From contig NIVC01000886.1 of NCBI GenBank assembly GCA_002269645.1, positions 286,358 through 350,357 on the forward strand: a stretch of 64,000 nucleotides of DNA, read 5' to 3'. This DNA is from Macrostomum lignano. Its lineage: Eukaryota. The notes below the pieces were generated by a model that made no database searches, was not told where the DNA came from, and saw nothing but the letters and a program-made list of their open reading frames with translations. Of this stretch, positions 35,731-47,914 are shown piece by piece (position 1 is the stretch's first letter; each line of letters opens with the position of its first letter). The translations under genes were made by a program, and so were the position numbers.

Positions 35731-38700
35731 GTTAGCTCTCGGATTATAGGCTGAAGTGCGGATGTGGTGGATGCCGAGTAGATCCGTCAAGTTCTTCATG
35801 AGCTCCGCTCGGAATTGGGATCCCTGGTCACTGACCAGCGTCAAAGGTGGGCCAAACCGAGAAATCCAGGTTTCCAGGAAGGCTCGTGCGACTGATGTGG
35901 CGGCAATGTTCGAAAGCGGTGCTGCTTCTAACCAGCGTGAGTAGGCATCGATCATGGTGAGTAGGTAGCGAGGCTTCGGGCCGGGGTCTTCAGACTCGGG
36001 AGGCGGTAACGGTCCGACCAGGTCAATGTGTACCGTCGTGAATCTCTGAGATGGCACAGGCAGCTGCTGCAGTGGGCGTTGAACATGTCGTCCAGTCTTG
36101 CACTGCTGGCATTGTTGGCACTCGGATACCCACTTGCGAATGTCGGCACCCATTTGTGGCCAGAAAAACCGATAGCTAATGAGCCGTTGCGTATCTTTTC
36201 TGCCGGGGTGTGCGAACGAATGCAGCGAGTTGAACACCGCACGTTGTAGTACTTCAGGAACTACGGGACGCGGGTTAGTCTGCGAAGTCTCACAGCGTAA
36301 TGGGTAGTCTTTAATCCCGATATCGAAGTTGCTGAACAGGCCTACTGGCGGATCATCGGCGGATAGACTGTCTTTCTGGGCTCGAGCGATAGCTGGCAAA
36401 TCCACCGAGGGCGGGATGTCCGCTAGCAGTCTGACGAACGATGGCGGGTGCGCCTCGGAGATGAGGTTGGGACGAGATAGTGCATCGGCCACCAGGTTGT
36501 CCTTACCGGCGATATGAACGATGTCGCAGACAAATTCAGTGATCACGGATAGGTCGCGTTGCTGTCGGTCCGAAAAGCGCTCCTTTTTGTTGCCGAAGGC
36601 TCCGATGATGGGCTCCGCTCGTAGTTCTGGGCTTTTGGTCGCAGAACACCGTTGTCTGCTGGCCTTGAATCATGTGCTTCCAGGCCTTGACCGCGGCGAC
36701 GATGGCGAGGAGTTCCCGATCGAATGCGCTGTACGCAGCCTCGGTGTCGGATAGTTTCCGCGAGTAGAAAGCTAAGGGTGAAGACTGGCCGTCCACCACT
36801 TGATGTAGAGCACCACCGATGGCAGTCGAGCTGGCATCCGTTGTGATAGTGAACGTAGCCTGGGGATGCGGAAAGGCGAGTGTGACCGCTTCCGCGAGAC
36901 TGTTCTGTAGCGCTGTCCAGGCGCGACCGTGGTGCTCCATCCAGACGAATGTCGTTGAGGTGAGCTGCCGCAATGGTAGGACGATCTTTGCGTAGTCAGG
37001 GATGCACCCTTGGTAAGATCCGAACATCCCGAGGTAGCGCTGCAAGGCCTGGTGGTCAGTAGGAGGTGGAAGCTGTCGGAGGGCCTCGACACGGTGGGGC
37101 AGGGGCCTAATGCCGTCCGCAGACACGAGATAGCCGAGGAACTCCACAGACTCGCAGAAAAACCGACACTTGTCCGAATTTACTCCCAAACCTTTGTCGG
37201 TAAGTCGTTGCAGAACTGTTTCAATGTGTACTTGGGGCTCTTCCCGAGACCTGCTGTGCATTATAGGATCTCGTCGATGTAGGTAGTAACAAATAGTAGG
37301 TCCCGAAACACTGAGTTAACATATCGCTGAAACGTGCTAGCGGCGTTCCGGAGACCGAAAGGCATCCGCAGGTATTCGAACGAGCCAAACGGGGTGCAAA
37401 TCGCCGTCTTCTCGATGTCCTCATCTGCCATCGGAACGAAGTGATAGGCCTTGACGAGGTCAAGGGTGCTGAAAACTTTCGCACTGTGCAGCTGATTATG
37501 GAAATGGTTGATGTTAGGGATAGGGTAGCGATCTGGCTTGGTTGCCGCGTTTAAGGCTCGATAGTCTCCGCAAGGTCTCCAGGAGCCGTTCTTTTTCTTC
37601 ACCATATGAAGCGGGGAAGCCCATGGACTGGCGGAGGGGCGGACGATGCCAAGGCGCAGGAGCTTGTCGAACTCCGCTTTTGCAACCGCGAACTTGGCCG
37701 GGGCAAGCGGTCGCGGCCGACAAAAAATGGGCTCGCCAGTGGTCTCAATACGATGCCGAACAGACATGGCGGGTGCTGCAGTGTAGTCCGGAGCTTCCAG
37801 AACTCGAGGGAACCGAGCCAGCGGTGTGGTGGGCTCAAGAAGCGTGGTGGCGTTGATTTGAGGGACTGAATCACTAGAAGGACAGAGTCGTACGCAAAGA
37901 TGTCACAGGGTCTTGACTGCGCCGTGACTTCAGGTCGATGAGGAGACCAAACTTGAGGAAGAAGTCTGCACCGAGGATGGGCACAGTATTACGTAGTAAC
38001 AATGAACGTCGCAGGATATGGTCTACGAAGGCCGGGAGCCTGGCCACTGGCACCATGGTCGGCCCCGTGCGAGCATCGGCGGCGTAATAGAGATGACCGT
38101 TGCAGATCTTGGGTCGTCGGCGTGAGTTCCGGTTGGAGCGCGAGTCGTCGGGCTTCCTGCTACGAAAAGAACCAGCGTTGCTCCTCGGGTGCTCTTGGCC
38201 GGTGGCAGAGGTGCGGTTTACAGAGGCGAACGGGGTGGTGCAACCGGCGACAGCCAGCATGCTGTCGACGATCTTTGCAAACGCGTCCAGCTCCGCCTGT
38301 TCGTGACCGACCAAGGCGGAGCGGATTTGGGTGGGCAGTGCAGTTAGGAGTCGAGACTTGGTGATGCTGTCATCGAATTGTAAGCCTACTTCGCTGAATC
38401 GCCGCTTGATGTCGGTTACCAACTGAAATGGGCGGCGATCCCCGAGCTCCACCGCGGTGAGGGCCTCTTCGATTCGTTGGTGCCGGTTGGCGCGCAAAGC
38501 TTCTAGCACCGATGCTTTAAGCGAGTTATAGTCCTCTGTGCCTAGGTCGATCGAGCAGGCAACGTCCTCAGGCAGGGCCGCTAACGTATGATGGAACTTG
38601 GTCTTAGGCTGGGTGATTTCAGCTAGAGTGAACAAAGCTACTGCAGAGGGGGGGCGCAAAAGCTACTGCAGAGAGGGGGCGCAAAAGCTACTGCAGAGGG

Positions 38701-38938
38701 GGGCGCCAAAGCTACTGCAGAGGGGGGCTCCAAAGCTACTGCAGAGGGGGGCTCCAAAGCTACTGCAGAGGGGGCGCCAAAGCTACTGCAGAGAGGGGGC
38801 GCCAAAGCTACTGCAGAGGGGGGCGCCAAAGCTACTGCAGACGGCAGAGGTTGCGCCAAAGCTACTGCAGAGGAGGGTGGATCAAAGCTACTAGTGGTCA
38901 GCAGGGAATCGAACCCCTGTAAACCCACCATTCCGCAG

Positions 38939-39359
38939 GCTGAAGACCAACCAGACCATCATCACCATCCTTCTATCCGTGTGGACCAGCGCTATACTGC
39001 AGTTCGTTTTCGTCTTCACTGCCAGACGGGTTGTCGGTGGAAATCCCAGCAGCTTCGGCAGCCTCCTGGTCAACACGGACATGTGGGCCATTGTCTGCAA
39101 CCTGCTGCTGCAGGACGCACCGTTTCTGGCTGTCCGATTCTACCTGCTGGTGAAGTACGCGATTGTGAGCGAGACTAGCGTGTTCTTTCTGGTGAAGAAC
39201 AGCCTGCTCACTGTGCTCATCCTGCACCGGATTCACTCGCTCATTGTCGAATGGAGAATTGAACGGTGCCAGAATCGCCAGCTCCATCACCCGGAGGCTG
39301 GAGTTATATCTGCTACTGGGAATGCAGATTCGAATGGACCGGCTGCGGTGCAAGTCTGA
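38939..39359 (+). CDS. TMEM26: Duplicated TMEM26 last exon (intact frame and acceptor): alternative terminal exon or orphan copy
   Basis: Acceptor CCGCAG|G at 38938/38939; same length (421 nt) and phase as 20103-20523; about 10 substitutions. Confidence 0.75.
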
Positions 39360-40129
39360 ACGGTTGTCAGGGAAATCAAAGAATGACAGGCTTTTGGGAA
39401 TTGGACTGCTTGCACTGATTTTGCAGTTGCTTGGGAATTACTGCGGCTGCGTCCCGTCATTCCCTCTCTCTCTGTTCCTTCATTCCTCTCCCTCTGTCAC
39501 TTCATTCCCTCTCTCTCTGTTCCTTCATTCCCTCTCCCTCTGTCACTTCATTCCCTCTCTCTCTGTCCCTTTATTCCCTCTCCCTCTGTCCCTTCATTCC
39601 CTCTCCCTCTGTCCCGTCATTCCCTCTCTCTCTCTGTTCCTTCATTCCCTCTCCCTCTGTCACTTCATTCCCTCTCTCTCTGTCCCTTTATTCCCTCTCT
39701 CTCTCTCTGTCACTTCATTCCCTCTCTCTCTGCCCCTTCATTCCCTCTCTCTGCCCCTTCATTCCCTCTCTCTCTGCCCCTTCATTCCCTCTCTCTCTGT
39801 CCCTTAATTCCCTCTCTCTCCCTTCATTCCCTCTCTCTCTCTGTTCCTTCATTCCCTCTCCCTCTGTCACTTCATTCCCTCTCTCTCTGTCCCTTTATTC
39901 CCTCTCTCTCTCTCTGTCACTTCATTCCCTCTCTCTCTGCCCCTTCATTCCCTCTCTCTGCCCCTTCATTCCCTCTCTCTCTGCCCCTTCATTCCCTCTC
40001 TCTCTGTCCCTTAATTCCCTCTCTCTCCCTTCATTCCCTCTCTCTCCCTTTATTCCCTCTCTCTCTCTATACCTTCATTCCCTCTTTCTCTGTCCCTTCA
40101 TTCTCTCTCTCACTGTCCCTTCATTCTCT

Positions 40130-40219
<90 letters not shown>

Positions 40220-40245
40220 TTCATTCCCTCTCTTTGTCCCTTCAT

Positions 40246-40317
<72 letters not shown>

Positions 40318-41139
40318 TTCATTCCCTCTCTTTGTCCCTTCATTCCCTCTCTCTCTCTGTCTCTTCTCTCCCTTTCTCTCTCTCGTTTCTTCATCTTCAT
40401 TCTTCATTTTTCATTTTTCATTTTCATTTCTTCATCCCAAACTTTCTTTTTTCATCTCCCATCAATTCCTCCTGTTCATCTCTCTCTGCTTTTTACTTGA
40501 CTTATTAAAGTCGTGGTTCTGTACTGATACTTATACTTTAAGTTTTTATACTTTTCTCGAAAAGACAATTTGCTCGTAAGATGCAGTAAGCGTGTTTCTC
40601 TTTTGTCTGTCCTACTCAAACTTTAATGTTTTTTCTTTAAAGAAAACCAGAAATAAAACTAAAACAATTTAAAACCGAAAGCATTGGATTTACAACGTCA
40701 AGGCGAATTCTTGGCACAGCTGCTGTCAACACTTGCTGTATGGGATTGAAATTTCCCACTTTATTCCTCTGGATTTGCGGTGCATTGTGGGCGGGGATGG
40801 CTAGCGGCTGGGGGAGTCCTGGGGATCGGTTTTTTATTGCCTTCTGGACTCGGCACCTCGTTGGCGGCTCATAAAGCGCAGGCAAGCGTGCGGAGGTGGG
40901 GCTGTGCGGGGGGTGCTTTTGGACTCGGGGAAGGAATCCAAGTTCAGAAATCCATCGCCGTGCATGGACTGCTAAAATAGTTATAGCTAGAATCTGGATT
41001 GGAAACTTCTATTGCAATACTTCTGGATTAGAACTATTTACTATTGATTTGAATGAGGATTAAACATTATTAGTTTTATACCTGAATAGTTTGTAAATAA
41101 ACCATGTAAAGTGTAAAGAAAAGGCGCTGACAACCATGA

Positions 41140-41930
41140 GAACAGGATTATCAGAACAAGAAAAGACCATTAAAATAAGAAGACGGAAAAGATGAGAACA
41201 ACGAAACTACAAAGTATTAGAATCAAGAGATTAAGATCAACTATGAGAACCATTAGAACAACTATGATAATCATGAGAACAACTATGAGAATTATGAAAA
41301 CAATTATGAGAATCATGAGAACACAACTATGAGAATCATGAGAACAACTATGAGAATCATGAGAACAACTATGAGAATCGTAAGAACAACTATGAGAATC
41401 ATGAGAACGACTAAGAGAATCATGAGAACGACTAAGAGAATCATGAGAACAACTATGAGAATTATGAGAACAACTATGATAATCATGAGAACAACTATGA
41501 TAATCATGAGAACAACTATGATAATCATGAGAACAACTATGATAATCATGAGAACAACTATGATAATAATGAGAACAACTATGAGAATCATAAGAACAAC
41601 TATGAGAATCATGAGAACGACTAAGAGAATCATGAGAACGACTAAGAGAATCATGAGAACAACTATGAGAATTATGAGAACAACTATGATAATCATGAGA
41701 ACAACTATGATAATCATGAGAACAACTATGAGAATCATAAGAACAACTATGAGAATCATAAGAACAACTATGAGAATCATGAGAACGACTAAGAGAATCA
41801 TGAGAACGACTAAGAGAATCATAAGAACAACTATGAAAATTATGAGAACAACTATGAGAATCATGAGAACAACTATGAGAATCATGAGAACAACTATGAG
41901 AATCATGAGAACAACTATGAGAATGTATAG
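41140..41930. repeat. 21-bp minisatellite (ATGAGAATCATGAGAACAACT), expanded relative to its paralog at ~22095-22350
   Basis: Translates as MRIMRTT repeats; more than 30 units. Confidence 0.95.
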
Positions 41931-42959
41931 GGAAAACTATAGCAGTTTTATTAACATGGTCCACAACTCTGCTTATCCATCATGCCGCTCTCCAGATTCT
42001 GCAACTTTGGTTCGCCATGGCCCGCGGCCCGGTGGTCTTATAACAAGAAAGCAAAAATTAATTTCTATATTTTTCAATCCTCAATATTCAGGGTCAACAA
42101 AGGCAACGGGAATTGAAGGAGTTGTAAAACTGCAAGATGACTGGGGTGGGGGCGTCAGGATCCCCTTCTCATTGCGGGATTGAGTCTTCAACGAGAAGGA
42201 AAAAGGGCAAGTCTAAAGTTGTAAAACGCCTTCAACCTACCTGTATTCACTGAAGCGTTATTAACAAGCGCAAAATCTGTTACACACACAAGCCTCTCTC
42301 TATTTCTCCCATTTTTGCTGGGAAGATTTTCCCCGGGCGAAAGAGAGCAAAAATATTCCCACAAATTTGAGAATATAAATAGAGAGGCCAAGTTGACAAA
42401 ATGGGGGAGAGTTCAATTCAAACAAATAATTTCCTACAACAGTGAAAAAATTCTAACACGACTTGACAGAGTCTACAAGTTTTCAGGTAAGTTCCGATCG
42501 AGTGCAGTTAAACAAAATCGCAATATTAACAAAAGCATCTGAACTACGTCTTCAATGTGTCTGGTACTTCTTTGTTTTGAGCTGAGCTCAATTCTATTTT
42601 TTTGTTTAGAGAAAGTTCATGACGTGTTGAAAATGTAGTTCGGAGCTTGATGCGTTGATCTTCGTAAAATTTTACCGGAAATTTCCCAGGTGCACTGCAC
42701 TGGACGCTCAAGTCATGGAAATAAGCCAGTTTAATTTATTCAGCAATCTAAGTGCATCAAGATGAAGCTTTATCTGATGAACTTTTTTAATCCAAAAAGT
42801 CGGATCCTTTTTGGTTTGAAAAATATTGACGATTTCATGATAAAGCTTAAATTTCTTGAGCACTTATTGCGAATCTCATCTACTATCTCCGTGGCTTATG
42901 AACGTTCAATGCTGACTGGCCGAGCGTCTTATGAGAATGGAGCTTTGAAATCTGTATTT

Positions 42960-45368
42960 GTGTGGGTGTCCCTGTCTTTTGGAGGTGTCCCTGTCTTTGG
43001 GAGTGGGTGTCCCTGTCTCTTGGAGTAGGTGTCCCTGTCTCTTGGAGTGGGGTGTCCCTGTCTTTTGGAGTGGGTATCCCTGTCTCTTGGAGTGGGGTGT
43101 CCCTGTCTCTTGGATTGGGGTGTCCCTGTCTTTTGGATTGGGGTGTCCCTGTCTCTTGAAGTGGGGTGTCCCTGTCTCTTGGAGTGGGTGTCCCTGTATC
43201 TTGGAGTGGGTGTTCCTGTCTCTTGGAGTGGGTGTCCCTGTATCTTGGAGTGGGTGTTCCTGTCTCTTGGAGTGGGTGTTCCTGTCTCTTGGAGTGGGTA
43301 TCCCTGTCTCTTGGAGTGGGTATCCCTGTCTTTTGGAGTGGGTATCCCTGTCTCTTGGAGTGGGTATCCCTGTCTCTTGGAGTGGGTGTCCCTGTCTCTT
43401 GGAGTGGGTGTCCCTGTCTCTTGGAGTGGGTATCCCTGTATCTTGGAGTGGGTGTCCCTGTATATTGGAGTGGGTGTCCCTGTCTCTTGGAGTGGGTATC
43501 CCTGTATCTTGGAGTGGGTGTCCCTGTCTCTTGGAGTGGGTGTCCCTGTCTCTTGGAGTGGGTATCCCTGTATCTTGGAGTGGGTGTCCCTGTATATTGG
43601 AGTGGGTGTCCCTGTCTCTTGGAGTGGGTATCCCTGTATCTTGGAGTGGGTGTCCCTGTCTCTTGGAGTGGGTGTCCCTGTCTTTTGGAGTGGGTGTCCC
43701 TGTCTCTTGGAGTGGGTATCCCTGTATCTTGGAGTGGGTGTCCCTGTCTCTTGGAGTGAGGTGTCCCTGTTTTTTGGAGTGGGTGTCCCTGTCTCTTGGA
43801 GTGGGTATCCCTGTCTCTTAGAGTGGGGTGTCCCTGTCTCTTGGAGTGGGTATCCCTGTATCTTGGAGTGGGTATCTCTGTCTCTTGGAGTAGGTATCCC
43901 TGTCTCTTAGAGTGGGGTGTCCCTGTCTCTTGGAGTGAGGTGTCCCTGTCTCTTGGAGTGGGGTATCCCTGTCTCTTGGAGTGGGTATCCCTGTATCTTG
44001 GAGTGGGTATCCCTGTCTCTTGGAGTAGGTATCCCTGTCTCTTAGAGTGGGGTGTCCCTGTCTCTTGGAGTGAGGTGTCCCTGTCTCTTGGAGTGGGTGT
44101 CCCTGTCTCTTGGAGTGGGTGTCCCTGTCTCTTGGAGTGGGTATCCCTGTATCTTGGAGTGGGTGTCTCTGTCTCTTGGAGTGGGTATCCCTGTATCTTG
44201 GAGTGGGTGTCTCTGTCTCGTGGAGTGGGGTGTCCCTGTCTCTTGGAGTGGGTGTCCCTGTCTCTTGGAGTGGGTATCCCTGTATCTTGGAGTGGGTGTC
44301 TCTGTCTCGTGGAGTGGGGTGTCCCTGTCTCTTGTAGTGGGGTGTCCCTGTCTCTTGTAGTGGGGTATCCCTGTATCTTGGAGTGGGTGTCCCTGTCTCT
44401 TGGAGTGGGTATCCCTGTATCTTGGAGTGGGTGTCTCTGTCTCGTGGAGTGGGGTGTCCCTGTCTCTTGTAGTGGGGTGTCCCTGTCTCTTGTAGTGGGG
44501 TATCCCTGTCTCTTGGAGTGGGTGTCCCTGTCTCTTGGAGTGGGTATCCCTGTATCTTGGAGTGGGTGTCTCTGTCTCGTGGAGTGGGGTGTCCCTGTCT
44601 CTTGTAGTGGGGTATCCCTGTATCTTGGAGTGGGTGTCTCTGTCTCGTGGAGTGGGGTGTCCCTGTCTCTTGTAGTGGGGTATCCCTGTCTCTTGGAGTG
44701 GGTGTCCCTGTCTCTTGGAGTGGGTATCCCTGTATCTTGGAGTGGGTGTCTCTGTCTCGTGGAGTGGGGTGTCCCTGTCTCTTGTAGTGGGGTGTCCCTG
44801 TCTCGTGGAGTGGGGTGTCCCTGTCTCTTGTAGTGGGGTGTCCCTGTCTCTTGTAGTGGGGTATCCCTGTATCTTGGAGTGGGTGTCTCTGTCTCGTGGA
44901 GTGGGGTGTCCCTGTCTCTTGTAGTGGGGTGTCCCTGTCTCTTGTAGTGGGGTATCCCTGTCTCTTGGAGTGGGTGTCCCTGTCTCTTGGAGTGGGTATC
45001 CCTGTATCTTGGAGTGGGTGTCTCTGTCTCGTGGAGTGGGGTGTCCCTGTCTCTTGTAGTGGGGTGTCCCTGTCTCTTGTAGTGGGGTATCCCTGTCTCT
45101 TGGAGTGGGTGTCCCTGTCTCTTGGAGTGGGTATCCCTGTATCTTGGAGTGGGTGTCTCTGTCTCGTGGAGTGGGGTGTCCCTGTCTCTTGTAGTGGGGT
45201 GTCCCTGTCTCTTGTAGTGGGGTATCCCTGTATCCCTGTTTCTTGTAGTGGGTTATCCCTGTATCTTGGAGTGGGTGTCTCTGTCTCGTGGAGTGGGGTG
45301 TCCCTGTCTCTTGTAGTGGGGTGTCCCTGTCTCTTGTAGTGGGGTGTCCCTGTCTCGTGGAGTGGGGT
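42960..45368. repeat. 22/23-bp minisatellite (GGTGTCCCTGTCTCTTGGAGTG), ~105 copies, with a 135-bp higher-order unit distally
   Basis: Period 22 at 43381/43403; the GTCTCGTGG variant recurs at 44891, 45026, 45161. Confidence 0.97.
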
Positions 45369-46864
45369 GGCTGCGCCCCTGGTGCTAGCGAGAAAGGGAG
45401 ATAGGAAGAGGAGAGGGAGGAAGAGAAAGGGAGAGGAAGAGAGTTAGATAGGAGAGATAGAGAAGAAGAGTAGAGAGAAGGAGTATAAGGGATTAGAAAT
45501 TAGAGCAAATAAGTTGCATAAAAAGGTCAAGGCGAAATAATATTAAACCTCATGTGAAGTTAAGTCAGACAAGACGCCTAATGGGGACAATTAAGGACAG
45601 CAGCAGAGATAATAACAGTCTAAGAGTCGATAATTATAAGAGGTGATAAGATAAGAGTCTAACAGCCACCCTCCATTCCAGACACCAACCCAAGCTTGAC
45701 AATAGACAACCGCGGTATCAAATAATTTATCTCGCCCCGTAGCCACTCGCCAGTTTAATGGACACATTATTTGGACCCCTGACGTTGCTAATTAAGAGGG
45801 AATTCCCCCAGCGGCAGGGATCTCAGTGAGATCTATAAATAGACCCGACCTCGGGGCCCCTAGCGGTCTCTCGGTCCCACAAACAGATGTTGGGGGTGCC
45901 AGCTCGTCAGGGCCGCGTGGTGGCACTCCGTTGAAGGTCCCGAAGGTCGCTTGTATGTCTACAAGTCAGCTTATAGGGTCGCCATCGTCCATTTCATTCA
46001 CCGATTATCTCTACTGACTGAATGCTGCATGCAGTAGAGGATTCTTCCATTTCAGTTTTGGGAACGCAGCCGTCTCTGAGCTGCCGATCGGGTGCTTTTG
46101 TTGAAGGTCCCGACGGTCGCTGCCGATGCTCCAGACAGTGATGAAGGGGACCCTGGTGCCTGGGATGCTGAGAAAAAAGGCCTCTACGACTGATATGCAT
46201 AGTTTGTTGAGCCAACATGGTTTCATGATGAGATTTTGTGAGCGGAAAAATTTGCCAATGTTGGTGGTTTTTGCCAGCAGACACCCCGAGGAGAATCGTT
46301 GAATATCTCGACGATGCCGATTTTTCGGGATTTTCAAAGTTGCTTCATCGAAAAGAGCGGAAAATTTTAGCCCGTGTTCTGGATTTTCATGGCAATTGGT
46401 TGAATATTCTTGGAGATCCAGACAAAAGAAAAATGTGTGTATTTGAAATACACCCCCATGGTCTTTCTACTGTTACAAGCGCAAGCAAGATGTGAATGAA
46501 GTTTATCAAATAGAAAGCAAACATTTTCTGTGCTTATTTTAAAAACTAAATTTATAAAGTAAAACCATATTTCTAGCTGAATGCGTCACTGACCTTGTCT
46601 TGTATTCTGCTAGCTTCGGAAAGCTGTGTACTTTTATCTCCTGTTGTCATTTTCCACGAACTTTTTGGCAGAATTTGGGAGTACAAACTTGTACAAAGCC
46701 AAGCTTGTGTACAGTTTTTTTGCGGGTACGCTTTTGCCGCAGGTAACATCTCAAACTGACCTAGCTGAGCGCTCTTTGGCACTCATTTTGGCGCATGGAC
46801 ACTCCCGTTTTGGACACCCCCGCATACTCAGTTTATTGTGGCGCCTCCTGACACACATTTTTGC

Positions 46865-47250
46865 ACACAGTTAATTTTGGCGCCTTCGGACACTAATTAA
46901 GACGCCTCCAGACACTCATTTTGGCGCCTCTTAACACTCATTATTGGCGCCCCTGGACACTCATTTTGGCGCCTCTTGACACTCATTATTGGCGCCCCTG
47001 GACACTCATTTTGGCGCCCCTGGACACTCATTTTGGCGCCTCTTGACACTCATCTTGGCGCCTCTTGACACTCATTTTGGCGCCTCTTGACACTCATTTT
47101 GGCGCCTCTTGACACTCAGTTTGGCGCCTCTTGACACTCAGTTTGATGCCTCTTGACACTCATTTTGACGCCTTTTGACACTCCTGTTGGCGCCCCTGGA
47201 CACTCATTTTGGCGCCCCTGGACACTCATTATTGGTCATTATTGGACACT
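46865..47250. repeat. 22-bp minisatellite (GACACTCATTTTGGCGCCTCTT), ~17 copies
   Basis: Directly visible. Confidence 0.93.
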
Positions 47251-47914
47251 AAAACTACACAAAAAAAATTTCTATTCTAATCGGTGACAAATTCCTACAA
47301 ACTTGAAATAGAAGCAACACGTGCAGATTGCTAGGCTGCAGTTGAAGCTAAGTTTCTGCCTGACTCTGTTGATTATCTGTGTTACCATTGGAAACCTTTG
47401 TTTACTTTTCAAAATCAACTTTATGCTTTGCTTTGGATTATTAAGATTAGAAAGTCATTGAATTGAATTGATGAAAAATTTGCTTGCAACTGCAACAAGG
47501 GGGCGATTTGAGAAGAAGTTTCTTATCTTATTTCTGTGGAGCGGACTTCTTTTATCAGTTGGCAGCTCCCGATTTAACCGCCTGCTCTGCCTCTCGCAGC
47601 ACCGTTGTTTTGCTTTTAATTGGTTTATCGTTCGAAAGCTTTCAAAAATAAGTACAGGGACCCACGGACTCAATCTGTTTTGGAATCGACTTGACTTCTT
47701 GGACAATTTTACGACAAGTACGTGAGATCTGAAAATGTGATTCAATACTAATGATTCACTGTTTATGACTCATAGTATGATCTTCAGTTTATTTAGGACA
47801 CAAGTCATCTGAGAAAAATCTATTTGAGACTATTATTTTTCAAGACAATTAATTCAATACAGTTTACTTATTCACTTGAAAAAATCGTTTGAGACACAAT
47901 TACTCGTAATTAAT

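Larger units (their letters stand above)
25059..38633 (-). mobile_element. Decayed CsRn1-like Ty3/gypsy element (5'-truncated gag, partial protease, RT, RNase H, integrase) hosting two nested insertions
   Basis: gag ELGDRRPFQL...ICNGHLYY and protease end PILGADFF (37874-38633); [12 protein letters not shown]...YIDEIL (37261-37767); RNase H TDASS...AFDRELLA (36536-37261); integrase H-x5-H...CQQC, HIDLVGP, SDQGSQF (35731-36546, continuing 34430-35011). Multiple stops and frameshifts. Short C-terminal remainder at 25183-25221 and a polypurine tract at 25059-25069. LTR boundaries not resolved. Confidence 0.85.

Noticed and set aside
42780-42920. hAT dimerisation-domain relic (LLRISSTISVAYERS)
   Set aside because: Only a short weak resemblance to the S-x-x-ERxFS motif, with no other transposase motifs or TIRs.
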